Translations under genes and position numbers: made by a program
Origin: Octopus vulgaris
Taxonomy: Eukaryota
Length of the DNA stretch: 64,000 nucleotides
Reading direction: 5' to 3'
Assembly: GCA_951406725.2 (NCBI GenBank)
Contig: OX597824.1
Coordinates: 27,962,001 to 28,026,000, forward strand
Notes under the pieces: model-generated
The model's input: only the letters and a program-made list of their open reading frames with translations
The model's database searches: none
Told to the model about the DNA's origin: nothing
Shown here: positions 43,361 to 58,392 of the stretch, one piece after another
How positions within the stretch are numbered: position 1 is the stretch's first letter
Layout of the letters: every line of letters begins with the position of its first letter

Positions 43361-46289
43361 CAAAGTTGATTTGTTGGGAATAAACTCAAAATCTACGCAA
43401 AATAAACAAGGATTATACAAAATTGAAGCCATATATCACAACACACCACATCACTTGAAAACTTATTGAATCTTTGCCTTGATCTCTTTTCATGTAGATG
43501 GTGACCGTTGCACCGTGATTTTCCAGGATGTTATACAGCACTGTTTTTGAATATATGGCTTGATTCGTCGAACTAAGCCATATATGTCTTAGCACACTCA
43601 TAGAGTCATATATAGTAAGTTTCGTGTGTATATACACATACATATGTATGTATTCACATAAGCGTGTGTGAGTACGTGTATACATGTATATACGCATACA
43701 CAACCATATCTATATATGTACGTGTTTGCGTGTTTATTAACTCTTGTTATTCGTTATGAACATTTTTCTCCGAGAGGAAATGAATCCTTATGGGAGATTT
43801 TACAACTTTTTTCTTTTATCTTAACAAATTAATAATACACAAAATATTGCTTTTTGTGTATTTTGAGTTTAAAGCTTAATTAATTTCGAATTCAACAGTT
43901 AATCCTTTTAATATTCCCAGGCAACTCTTTCCAGATTTGGTGTTTTCGCAGAAATGTTTTGCAGTAATTTAATAGTTCTATTAATTGTACGATGTTGGAT
44001 CAGAATTTATACAACTAAATATTGATGTCGGGAGATAAATATGTAATGCTAAGAATAGAGACATACAGGGGTGTGTTAAAAGCCCTACTTTGCAACCATG
44101 TGTTTCCGGGTTCAGTCATATTGTTTGGCATATTGGGACAAGTGTCTCCTACTAGAAGATACGGGGAGACCAATGCCTTGTGAGTTAATTTGATATACGG
44201 TAACTCTTTTGGGTTATCTTGAATTGTTCCTGTTAATTCTGCATAGTAGATAACTTCACTGAAAAGAAAAATTACATCGGCTTCTGCGAAGGCAATTTCA
44301 AAAGACCTTATGGACACCAGCTCTCTCCTTTCAGACACATCGACAAAATTAAAGCCACTAAGTTGACTAGTCACATATGTGGTTTGTACACTGACTGCAC
44401 ATCACTACAGTCAAGTGGGGTATCGTAAATAAATTCACATACAGTCAAGTGGGTTATCGTAAACAAGAAATCTATGCCTTCTATAAATGGATCTAAGGAA
44501 TGCAACATATGTGTAGCTGAAAGATGGCACATACCTTTTACCTCATAGAATTCAATCGTACTACTTAATTCCGGATCCGAAATATTCATCAAATACAGGG
44601 CGTAGAGACTTGGGGAAACCACCGTCTCCGGATTGGGTAGCTGTCTCGAAAACTTTAAACCTTTCTCCTTGAATTATTCTTCAACAACTTGTTTAATTAT
44701 GGTTTTTACTGTCTATGCAGACGTAATTCTAATTTCGTTTCTATTCTTTTTGTTTTCCATTCGTATACATCACTCCAATGTATGCATTTCTCATTCACCA
44801 CCATCATGATTTCCAAACAGAATAGGCCTACACTTTTTTCAATGGCTCGTACTTGTTTTATCGGTCTCTTTGCGGTTACGCTATCAAGGCAATCAAAAAG
44901 GAGGGGAACTGAAACTGAACTAAGAAATTATCTCTAACAGATAAATGCATACAAAAAGAACTTTAAGAAGAAATATAATATTCTAAGGAAGTCCAGTTTA
45001 GTATTTAACTTTTGAGCACGTCCGAAGCTAACGAAAGAATAAATAATAAACATAGAAATTCTACTTCAAAGCATTTAGTAGTCTAAGCATTACATATGCT
45101 AAAAGATTTTTTTCAAGAAAAATGTGTGTATTAGATTATAGGAAAATGAATAATTGATGCGTTATTCACTATTGAAATATCTGTATGTTTTTCGACGTCT
45201 ATGACAACATTTCAATGCAATTTTTTTTGTAGGATATGATAATTCTAATTTAGAAGTAAATGTATAATAAATTTCTTCAAAGCAAACATTACATTGGAGA
45301 TATTCTATTAGTTCACTTTGAACTTAGTATATTTTGGATCACCTGGATAACGTTGTGTTATCATATATTTTCGTATATATTAATTTCATTTGTATTTTGT
45401 ACCTTATTTCTATAGCTAAATATGCTGGTACAGTAGAAAATATCGTCCACAATATATGGCGTAATGATCAATTAAAGTAGCGATTTTACCTATCCATTCT
45501 TAGACATTCAGATATATATATATATACATGCACATAAACACACACACATACATACATATACACATGCATAGATATATACATGTATGTATGTATTTATGCA
45601 TTCATGTCTGTAAATGCATACATATGGGTGATTATGTGTATATGAACGTATATGTATGTGGCTGCATGTGTGAATGGGAGCAAGTGTGTGTGTGGGGGGG
45701 TGTATATGTGTGTGAGGGTATGTGAAATGATGGTATTTTTTTAAAAGCTTTATTGAAGTCTGACAGCAGAGAAACATACTGTCACACTTCTATATTCAGG
45801 TGCCTTTCTAAAGGATTATAGCTAGCAGTTATTTACTAATGTCTTACGTTACAGGATTAAATTGGACACAATGCATTGATACGAAATCCATGGGAATTTA
45901 AGGAATATGTCGGTGTTAAGAACAAATAAGAAAATCAGAAGTCTAGGCAAGCCATTGAATAAACTCCTCAAATTGTGAGAATCTGAAAATAAAATAAATA
46001 AAAATAATAAATAATGATGTGTTAGTGCAAGCAGTAGTAGCGGGTATGAGGAAACCATTGAATGAATTACACGGACTAATTTCTGTATAGATGATCTTGT
46101 GTCGAGTTTTCTATTTATATATTACTTTTGTTGATTTCTCAATGGATAATGGATATACATACATATATATATATATATATATGCATGCAAACATATATAT
46201 ATATATACATGTATACACACATACACACAAACACATACAGATCTATAAGCAGACCAGCAACGGTTGTTAAGCAATGTTGAGGAGGGGAA

Positions 46290-46352
<63 letters not shown>

Positions 46353-46358
<6 letters not shown>

Positions 46359-46622
46359 GTTTATAAAAAAGAAGTTTGAAAACGCCTCTATATAAGATAA
46401 ATTTTAATTTTCTTAGAAAGTTTACATGTTTCGCTTCTTCTTGAAAAACGAACCTTATCAAAAATATTTTAAAAATTAAGTGTAATAAAATATTTAAAAT
46501 ATTTAAAATATTTTTTATAAGGTTCGTTTTTTCAAGACGAACCGAAACATGTAAAATGTCTAAGAAAATTAAAATTTATCTTATATAATGGCGTTTTCAA
46601 ACTTCTTTTTTATAAATATATA
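46353..46622. repeat. Long imperfect inverted repeat, arms about 115 bp
   Basis: TTATAAAAAAGAAGTTTGAAAACGCC...CCTTATCAAAAATATTTT is mirrored by AAAATATTTTTTATAAGG...GGCGTTTTCAAACTTCTTTTTTATAA. Confidence 0.9.
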
Positions 46623-46670
46623 CCCACTCGTATACGATCTACACTTACTATAAATATATATATATACATA

Positions 46671-47851
<1,181 letters not shown>

Positions 47852-47854
47852 TAC

Positions 47855-47888
<34 letters not shown>

Positions 47889-47960
47889 TGATATAAACGG
47901 AAAAGATAACAAAAGAAAGAAAGGGGCCTCGATATTATGTACATCGAGGAATTTATCTGT

Positions 47961-48343
47961 AAATGTAATATGTGACAATTATTCGGTAGCCATGGTAAAA
48001 CTCCGAGTTTCGGATGAGGAGGTAGAAATCCACGCTGCCATCTCTTCAGTTATCCGGCCAACGGAAAAGCGCTTTTGGATTTGGTTTCTAAAATTCTTTG
48101 AGTGACTTCGAGTGTTGAAGCATGTTCTCTTGTCTGTGGAGTGTCATTCTCTCATTCATCTATTTGTTTATTGTTGGAAAATTTTCGTTGCGTCTTGCAA
48201 CATTTTCGATAGTCATTGACTCTCAAAAACTGTTGAAAATGTTGCAAGACGCAACGAAAATTTTACAAAAATAAACAAATAAATAAATGAAAAGTTTATC
48301 TGTGAGTGTGTTAAATTACAATTTACTAACAGCGAATGACTGT
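47961..48343 (-). mobile_element. Hammerhead-bearing fold-back element, copy 1
   Basis: Near-identical to 52332-52713; hammerhead at 47994-48055; internal inverted repeat at 48150-48295. Confidence 0.8.
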
Positions 48344-48388
48344 CCCCAGACATAACAGAATACATACATACATACATACATACATACA

Positions 48389-48422
<34 letters not shown>

Positions 48423-48521
48423 GATACATATATATATATACAGATACATATATATATGTACAGATATTAATTTAATAAAATCAATAAATTTCACCTGGTA
48501 GGACCATAATCGGTAAAAATT

Positions 48522-48680
48522 TATATAATTATAATTTTTGCAACAAGTTCCTTAAACCACATACCGAAAATATTAGAAATAGCAGCAATAGAAATAGTGG
48601 CCCTTTGACTGCTATTTATAATATTTTCGGTATGTGGTTTAAGGAACTTGTTGCAAAAAACCCTTATTATAATTATATAT
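48522..48680. repeat. Inverted repeat, arms about 60 bp
   Basis: TTGCAACAAGTTCCTTAAACCACATACCGAAAATATT / AATATTTTCGGTATGTGGTTTAAGGAACTTGTTGCAA. Confidence 0.9.
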
Positions 48681-49146
48681 ATATATATGGAATTTTTTTT
48701 GAAATTCGTATTTCAATTTCCATCATATATTGTTGCATTTTATTTTCTTTCTTTTTTCTTTCTAACGACTCTGAACTTCCAGTCTGTGAAAAATATTCAT
48801 TCTTCGCCCATCAGGATGCCTGAACAGAAGTGGAATTAGTGCAATAGCTTCATATTATGACTGATCTGCTATTGAATGGTTCGTTCTGACAATGGTTTCG
48901 AAGGGCCTCTCTCTCTCTCTCTCAACACAATCCAATTAAACATACACTGAGCAGATAAATTTGATTCCGACGTTATATTTCCCCGAAGATTACTGTAAGA
49001 GAAATAAAAGCGAACCAAAAAAATAATATTTCATTAGATGAAAAAAAAATGGCTTGTATATTATAGAGAGATGTTATCTCAATTGCTATGACTAGCACAA
49101 ATAAGTAACTCTTCTCTTGGTCACCGACATACTGATCAAAATCGTT

Positions 49147-49180
<34 letters not shown>

Positions 49181-49230
49181 ATAGAGAAATCAGTATATAC
49201 ACCCAGTATATATACACACACACTTATAGC

Positions 49231-49263
<33 letters not shown>

Positions 49264-49346
49264 ATATGTATGTATATATATAAAATATATATGTACATAT
49301 ATATTTATGTATGTATATATATAAAATATATATGTACATATATATT

Positions 49347-49388
<42 letters not shown>

Positions 49389-49565
49389 TATTAATCTATA
49401 TATATATGTGTGTATGTATGTGTATATATACATATAATATATATATATATGCGTGTTTATATGTATATATATGTGTGTGTGTATGTATAAAGCAGATATG
49501 TATATGAATAGAGACGTACATATAGATATACATATCTGCAGCTACTTATAAGTCATTGTATATGG

Positions 49566-49664
<99 letters not shown>

Positions 49665-50051
49665 AAATGAAATGAGAAGAAAGCCAAGGCTGTGCGGAAA
49701 TTTATAGAACATTTATAAAGGGAAAGGTAGTGTTACATCTGTTTCTGGGATATTAGGGATATATCGTCATCAAAGATATAGGAGGGTGAACTAGAGGGAA
49801 AGAGTAGAATCCAATATAAGGATTTATTTTGGAGAAGGATGGATATAGGAAAGATAAAGGGAAAAAAGGGAACAAAAAATTAAAGTAAAAATATAAATCG
49901 AAGAGAAACGCTAACAACGCCCCACCTGTAGTACTTACATAGCATTACCTGCCATCTTGCCTCTTCTGGATACCAATACATCTCATATCATTACTATATA
50001 TATGTATATATATATATGTGTGTGTTTGTGTGCGTTTGTGTACGTGTGTGC

Positions 50052-50094
<43 letters not shown>

Positions 50095-50132
50095 TACATA
50101 TATATAGTATACATACACACACACATATATAC

Positions 50133-50180
<48 letters not shown>

Positions 50181-50314
50181 GCATAGGTATTTATATTGAT
50201 ATGAATATGGTATATATGTATATTTACATATATATATATTTGAAATGTATGTATGTATGTATGTATGTATGTATGTATGTGTGGTGGTGGGGGTGCGAGT
50301 GTGTGGGTGCGTAT

Positions 50315-50468
50315 AAGCACGTCTGTGTGGTATGACATTTCATTTTGAACCGCCATTGTGTTGAGTTCCATTTTGTGGCAATTCGGGCAATTACTTACGA
50401 CTTTAGCCTTGGTCCGACCGAACCGTTGAGACCCGAACCGGTATATAGAGAGGCGAAGCTCGTCGTGT
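50315..50468 (+). mobile_element. Degenerate SINE A head
   Basis: CTGTGTGGTATG...GAGTTCCA...AGCCTTGGTCCGACCGAACC. Confidence 0.55.
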
Positions 50469-50499
50469 ATATATATAAACATACAGATATGCATACTCA

Positions 50500-50990
50500 T
50501 ACCCATGTACTGGTTTCATCCTCTCTTTTCTTCATAACTGGAGTGAATAGTATGTTTTGGTAGTAATTGCTGCTTAATAGATTGTTACTGAGCTTGATCA
50601 TTTCTTTGTGGTGGATATCACGTTCCTTACTTATATTCTTTGCTCGATGTTTTAGGCACTGAGCAATCCCTCTCTTTACACTCAGTTGAAATTGAGGTAT
50701 CATCCAATGAATGTCCGCTTGCGGTATACGGATGTCCTGAATCTATACCTAATGCGTGTTATTAACAAGTCCAGGAATGCTAGCTGATTATCTTTTTCCT
50801 TTTCCATTTTGAAATGTATGGTGGTAATGAACAAGTCTGACTACTCAGAAAAATTGGCTAGTCCTGTAAGTGATAGGAGCTACAGCAAAGTAAAGAAAGA
50901 CCCAACACTAAAAACAGAGAGGAGGTTGCCACAGATCTTGATCAAGAACAAGGATCACTTAACACCAATGAAGTACAGACAACTGATTTC
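50500..50990. mobile_element. Penelope-like RT fragments in inverted arrangement
   Basis: Plus 50815-50990: VVMNKSDYSEKL...YSKVKKDPT (PLE RT N-terminus). Minus 50500-50810: NQLAFLDLLITR..FRTSVYRKRTF (PLE RT C-terminus). Confidence 0.75.
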
Positions 50991-51038
50991 TTTCTAATAA
51001 TTTCCTAATATTTTCGATATCTTTCAACTAAAGGAACC

Positions 51039-51077
<39 letters not shown>

Positions 51078-51123
51078 CACACGCGCACACGCACACACAC
51101 ACACACATATATATAGATATATA

Positions 51124-51286
51124 AGGCGCAGGGGTAGCTATGTGGTAAGTAGCTTGCATACCTACCTCATGGACCCGGGTCCACACTCACTTCATGCTAC
51201 CTTGGGCCAGTGTCTTCTACTATTGCCTCGAGCCGACCAAAGCCTTGTGAGTGGATTTGGTAGACGGAAACTGAATGAAACCCGTC

Positions 51287-51334
<48 letters not shown>

Positions 51335-51541
51335 TGTGTGTGTGTGTGTGTTTGGGTATCTGTGTTTGCCCCCCCACCACCACCACCGCTTGACAACCAA
51401 TGTTGGTGTGTTTATATCCCCGTATCTAGCGGTTCGACAAAAGAGACCGATAGAATAAGTACTATGCTTACAAAGAATGAGTCCTTGAATTCGATTTCTT
51501 CGACTAAAGGCAGTGCTCTGGCATGGCCGCAGTCAAATGAC
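51124..51541 (+). mobile_element. SINE family A
   Basis: AGGCGCAGGGGTAGCTATGTGGTAAG...GGCCGCAGTCAAATGAC. Confidence 0.85.
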
Positions 51542-51798
51542 ACACACATAAAAAAAAGAATACATATATTTATAGAGAGAGAGAGAGAAAGGGGAAGAGC
51601 GAGAGAAAGAGCAGGAATGGAAGCGTTTATATTCACACTTTAATCTAAAAGAAATAAAAAGATTCTTAGACATTTTCTTCTGTGTCCTAACTTAAGAAAA
51701 ACAATGATACATATATTTTCAGATATTGTGTCTCCATATGCATTTAATGATATAAATTCGTCCGATGACTATGCCGTGTATATCGTATTATGGACACT

Positions 51799-52183
51799 CG
51801 AAACGGATTATATTCATTCGCCACTGCAATAAGCTAATATTGACGCAATTTTGAGAGTATGCTGCAAAATGGTCTTTTATTTTGCTAGATATAGCAGCGA
51901 ATATATATTTCAAATTAAGGTTTTATTGTCATGAAAATTGATAGTTCATGTTTTGGATTAGGATTAGGATATATAGCCTAGTATACATTATGTCGAAGCG
52001 GATTATATTTATTTGCCACTGTAATAAGCTAATATTGACGCAATCTTGAGAGTATGCTGGAAAATGGTCTTTTATTTTGCTAGATATAGCAGTGAATATA
52101 TGTTTCAAAGCAAATTTTTATTGCCATGAAAATTGATAGTTCATGCTTTGGGTTAGGATTAAGATATATAGCCTAGTGTACAT
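51799..52183. repeat. Tandem duplication of about 190 bp
   Basis: 51799-51988 and 51993-52183 align throughout, with scattered substitutions. Confidence 0.9.
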
Positions 52184-52331
52184 GAAACTACAATGAGGAA
52201 AAGAAACGGCATTATTATTGCTAGAATTTGTTTTATTACTTCTGACCAGAGTGGCAAAATTCCTGAAATTGTAGATTAACAGATTCTAGATTATCAGAAA
52301 TATCATAGTCTGAGAATTTGTAGCTTACCAG

Positions 52332-52713
52332 AAATGTAATATGTGACAATTATTCGGTAACCATGGTAAAACTCCGAGTTTCGGATGAGGAGGTAGAAAT
52401 CCACGCTGCCATCTCTTCAGTTATCCGGCCATCGGAAAAACGCTTTTGGATTTGGTTTCTAAAATCTTTGCGTGACTTCGAGTGTTGAAGCATGTTCTCT
52501 TGTCTGTGGAGTGTCATTCTCTCATTCATTTATTTGTTTATTGTTGGAAAATTTTCGTTGCGTCTTGCAACATTTTCGATAGTCATTGACTCTCAAAAAC
52601 TGTTGAAAATGTTGCAAGACGAAACGAAAATTATACAAAAATAAACAAATAAATAAATGGAAAGTTTACCGCTGAGTGTGTTAAATTACAATTTACTAAC
52701 AGCGAATGACTGT
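52332..52713 (-). mobile_element. Hammerhead-bearing fold-back element, copy 2
   Basis: Same boundaries and sequence as 47961-48343. Confidence 0.8.
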
Positions 52714-52749
52714 ATCAAGAGTAAAATCTATAGTGAAATATCAGATATT

Positions 52750-53105
52750 AGGGCGGTGAGCTGGCAGAATCGTTAGCACGCCGGGTGAAACACATAGCGA
52801 TATTTCGTTTGTCTTTAGGTTCACAGTTCAAATTCCGCCGAGGTCTACTTTGCCTTTCATCCTTTCGGGGTCGATAAATTAAGTACCAGTTATGCACTAG
52901 AGTCGATATAATCGACTCAATCCGTTTGTCTGTCCTTGTTTGTCCTTGTTTAGCCCCTTGTGGGTTGTAAAGAAATAAGTATTTAGTTTGTCTTAAGGTT
53001 CTGAATTCGAATTCCACCGAGGTCGAATTTGCCTTTCATGCTTTCGTAATGCTTTTGCCCACTCATCCCAAATTGCTGGCTTTGTGCCCAAATTTGAAAC
53101 CAATC
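52750..53105 (+). mobile_element. SINE D joined to the internal site of an older D copy
   Basis: Junction AAAGAAATAA|GTATTTAGTTTG at 52978/52979, then B box and the old tail. Confidence 0.85.
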
Positions 53106-53474
53106 AATTATCAGAGAGAGCCAATTGCGAGGATCAATGTATTTTAAGAACTATTTTCCAGATAGATAGTAGATTACTAGAAACACGGTTCTAGATTCAA
53201 CTCTCATGAAACAACAGTCACGATGGCCGGCAAAAGTGGTTAAAATAACAAATGTTTTCAGACTTTTAGTTAGCGTGTGTCTCGTAGATTTTGAGTAATA
53301 TAAAACGTTCGTTTCGTTAGTCTCGAACAAAAATTGGGCGAAGAATATGTAAATGTATATCATATAAAATGCATAGATGACCAGGAAATATGTGACGTAT
53401 ATCATGTGCGATACACAAATTTAATAAGCAATAATAAATCTCTGAACGAGGTATAAACAGTAGCTGCACGACAA

Positions 53475-53717
53475 TGTGAAGTATATTTGCCACTTAAATG
53501 TGGCTAACCACTAAGGGCGGATGCTACTGTAGCTTGTAGCCCTAAGAAGGCTACAGGGCTACGAGCTACAAGCTACAGTAGCACCTACCCTTAGTAGTTA
53601 ACCGCTAAGGGTGGATGCTACTGTAACTTGTAGCCCTAAAAGGGCTTCAGTGCTACAAGCTACAGTAGCATCCACTCTTATTGGTTAGCCACATTTAAAT
53701 GGTAATTATACTTCACA
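53475..53717. repeat. Compound palindrome, MITE-like
   Basis: TGTGAAGTATA..TTAAATGTGGCTAACC ... GGTTAGCCACATTTAA..TATACTTCACA enclosing four alternating GGATGCTACTGTAGCTTGTAGC units. Confidence 0.85.
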
Positions 53718-54221
53718 AAAGTTTAATAGTGTCCGGAAAATTCGAACGTAAATACTCTAATCGTAGTTGACAGCCATTGAACAACTCTTCATTTCATACA
53801 TGTTGATAATATATTCGATTCATTAGCGTAAACTTTGGGACACACAGTTTTTCGACATTCTTATGAATTTTCAGGTACTACCAACCTGATCTAACGAATT
53901 AAAGAAGAATTTGCTATTCTTCTTTAAAAATTCAATAAATTATTTCATAATGTGTGCTTATATCTGCCAATCTATAATTAATTGCAACGTGCATGATGAT
54001 AGCAAGGATCAGAACGATGACATGCAAGTTGAAGTCAGGTTAAACAAAGATTTCATTTTCATAAATGTACCACGATGTTGCCATATTGATTGTTATATGA
54101 GTTTTTTTTCTGTAACTTCTGTTGCAAAGGACCAAATAATCTGCTATTGTTAAATTTAGTAAGTTAGAAACAAAGAGAGCAAACAGATTTTCATTATGTC
54201 TTTATTATTGCATATCTATCG

Positions 54222-54301
<80 letters not shown>

Positions 54302-54426
54302 GTTTGTCTCTCTGTCTGTGTCTCTGCCGCTCTATCTCTCTCTGTGTCTTTATCTTTGTATCTATCTATCAATCTATCTATCTATCTATCTATCTATCTG
54401 TCTGCCTGTCTGTCTGTCTGTGTACC

Positions 54427-54457
<31 letters not shown>

Positions 54458-54521
54458 CTGCCTGTATGTCTAACCCTAACCCTAACTCTGTCACTCTCTC
54501 TCACTCTCTCTCTCTCTGTAA

Positions 54522-54552
<31 letters not shown>

Positions 54553-54699
54553 GTATAGAAAGGGAGAGAGAGAAACATAGATAGATAGATAGATATATAG
54601 ATATATAGATAGATAGATAGATGGATAGATAGATAGATAGATTCACACACACATATATATACACATATATACATAAATATACGTATATGTACACACACA

Positions 54700-54767
<68 letters not shown>

Positions 54768-55459
54768 TATATATACAGAAACAAATATAAACACAGCCGG
54801 TTTGTGTGTGTGTGTGTAAATGACTGAGTATACATATATACGTATCTATATGTCTGGATATATGTATATATATTTATGACACTAATAGCACGTGTGCATC
54901 AGCTGTATTTTATTGTCACCGCAGATTAAGTGTTTGAAGAACGGCATCATTCGAAATAATCCTGTTTACCTTTAGAGTATTCGATTTTCAAGATGTATCC
55001 TTTTTCCATGCAAAAATACACAAACCAAAACTCGACGCTGCGAGAAATATTCTATTACATATAATTGTTGAAATTGCAAATGAAGGATTATTAAAGCATT
55101 TAAGCAATTTATCTTAAAGAATCAATATTTTAATTCCAATTGACATATCGAATATACACTCAAACATTTAAATAATTTCTGGACAAATATCAATAATTTT
55201 GAATTTACGTGCGATTATTTTAATGCAATGCTGCATTTAATTGAAGGAAGGAAAGAAGTGACACAGGGGACAAAGCTCTGACATTTTAATTTGAATGATT
55301 AAAAAATGCTAATATTTCAAAAGTGTTTAGCAATATGTAATTTCAATATTTGATACATAAGATGAAATATAGAATATCGTACTATTGAATTAGATTATGT
55401 ACTCGTAGAAGATTGAGTTAAAATTCTACTGCATAAGACTCTCTCTCTCTCTCTCTCTC

Positions 55460-55522
<63 letters not shown>

Positions 55523-55532
55523 CTATATATAG

Positions 55533-55943
55533 TCTTTTATTCTTTTACTTGTTTCAGTCATTTGACTGCGGCCATGATGCTGGAGCACCACCGTTAGTCG
55601 ATCAAATCGACCCCAGGACTTATTCTTTGTAAGCTAATGCACTTATTCTATCGGTCTCTTTTGCCGAACCGCTAAGTTGCGGGGACGTAGACACACACCA
55701 GCACCGGTTGTAGCGACTTTGGGGTGAAACAAACACAGACACACAAATACATACATATATATATATATGTATATACATATATACGACGGGCTTCTTAGAG
55801 TTTCCGTCTACCAAATCCACTCATAAGGTTTTGGTCGGCCCGAGGCTATAGTAGAATGCACTCGACCAAGGTGCCACGCAGTGGGACTGAACCCGGAAAC
55901 ATGTGGTTGGTAAGCAGGCTACTTACCACACAGACACTCCTAC
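55533..55943 (-). mobile_element. SINE family A
   Basis: Match to 52-508. Confidence 0.9.
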
Positions 55944-56167
55944 TTCTTTATTTATCTATCTAGTTACCTATCTATTTATCAATGTATATATGTGTGTCAG
56001 TGTGTGTGTGCGTGTATGTGTGCGTGTGTGTGCGTGTGGGAGTGTGTGCGTTTGTGTCTCTGCGTTCGCTCGTTTGTCTGTATGCTCTTATTCATATGAA
56101 AAGCTGGTGTCATCTATAGTCATAATGAAGAGCCGCAGACCCTTGTAAGATTCATCAGTCGATGATG

Positions 56168-56216
56168 CTTTTGTCTGACGAGACACTATGATGTCGAAAC
56201 AATGGATGTCCCAGAG
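56168..56216 (+). ncRNA. Type-I hammerhead ribozyme candidate with intact core
   Basis: TTTTGT-CTGACGA-GACA-CTATGA-TGTC-GAAA-CA-ATGGA-TG-TC-CCAGAG; GUC cleavage triplet. Confidence 0.7.
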
Positions 56217-56925
56217 TCCCCTTACGTTAATGAATCGAGTATCTTATGAATGTCTTAAAGGAGAAGCTTTTCTATTACGACAAAACAATAGAGTTATTAC
56301 CATATATCCAATTTCGAATATGTCGGAAGGTGTTAAGTATATATAGACATGTCTTTGTTTCAACTCGCACTTTTCACTCCGCATGCGTCGATCTATTGTC
56401 AGCCTTCAGATATCAAATATGTAAGAGCAAACAATTTGTTTTAGGATATTTAGTTGTTATACACACACGCTCACACATAGACACACACACATCCAGTTAC
56501 ACACTCTGGCACAGACACAGACACACATATTTGTTTCTTACAAATCGCTATCCTCGTCCTTATTTTAACTATTATAGAAAATATAAAATGTTTAGGCTTC
56601 TGAATCTGTGTGTATAAATGAATACATCTAATGTATCCAAAACAGTCCAGTTAAAAACAACACAAAACAAAAATAAATAAGTAAATAAATAAATATAAGC
56701 AATATTCCAAATGTTTTTTTTTTTATAATTCTTAACACTTTGAAAAAAGTGAAGCAAACATCGAAAACAAAAACCTGGAGTGTGCTAAGACAAAAAGAAA
56801 GCGACATATTACTAATCAAAATATATAGCAATTCACCATGGGTGGGATTCGAGGCAAACGAAAAAATAGCTCTGAGCTCACTCCATGTATTCAAATCAGA
56901 TTTGTGAAGATTTAAGATTGCGAGG

Positions 56926-57241
<316 letters not shown>

Positions 57242-58392
57242 TGCCTGAAGATCCGATTGTGGAAACAGCCTGTATACAAATTTACAGTATTATGAATAAT
57301 ATATTTCGTGTGCTTTAAGCTTACCCTCCTATAAATTGAATTACATTTGTTTTCCTGCGGGAGACAAACCACTGGTTTTGCCTTAAAACGTGTGGATCTG
57401 CATCGAAAATACATGAAAATGAAATGAAATAAATCACACGTTTCACATACTGAGTTATGTCAATACAGAATATCTTCACCGGAAACTATTTGACCCAGGT
57501 ACAAAAGAAAAAAGAAATTCTATTTATTTTCATTCATTCGTTTTTTTTTCTATTCATTTTATTTATTTATAAATCTGAAACTATGTATTCCGAAATACAA
57601 AATCGTAGAGTTAATGCGCTAGATGACTCACAGGTGAAGGTTTAAAATAAAACGGTTATACCGATGAACCAATGAGCTTTTGCAGCTACTACTTGACTAA
57701 ATTATATCGGTATGTGTGAATGCAGCTTTAAAGAAAGTATGCAAATTATACATTCATCTTTAGATAGCAGACTCAGAAAGCAGGATCGGGGAATATAGAA
57801 TACTTGAACGTTCATAAGAACTTCGAAATTGTGAGCTGTTAAAAGTTTTATTATTTGTAATCAAGACTGCGAAAATTTCATTTGGTTAACATTTACCAAA
57901 GGTGAGAAGTTTTACTGCTCGGTAACTGCGGTGGATTTTCCTTTAGAAGTTAAAGTATGTCAGAAAGATATTTTAACTAATGCAAAGTTTGTTTATTGGT
58001 GCGGATGCTGTTATATTTACGTCGACAAGACGAGAAATCATTTATTTCACTGCTTTTCAGTTACAGCAGGGGCTTTAAGGTATGTACCTGAAAAATCCTC
58101 ATAATGTAGTAAATTTTCACATAAGCAAAAGGAAATTTAATGAACATAACGATGGATCGCGCCAGTAGACAGTGATTGCGTGGCAACTGCCTCTTTCATC
58201 AATCTACTCCTACATGCATAAGTACATGGACTAATACACATAAACAAAATCTCACTCACACACATACACACATATATGTTATTGTGACTTTAAAATATAG
58301 ACAGTGTAACTGGATGCCATGCTGAGACACGATCTTGAATTGAATAGTCGAACAAATTGACTGAATTAAACAATCTTTTCTTTTATAATAAA

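Noticed and set aside
44015-44622. Two adjacent minus-strand ORFs as possible host exons
   Set aside because: No recognisable domain or convincing splice donor; the end overlaps a SINE A remnant.
54470-54487. Telomeric (CCCTAA)n
   Set aside because: Only about three units within a simple-repeat tract.
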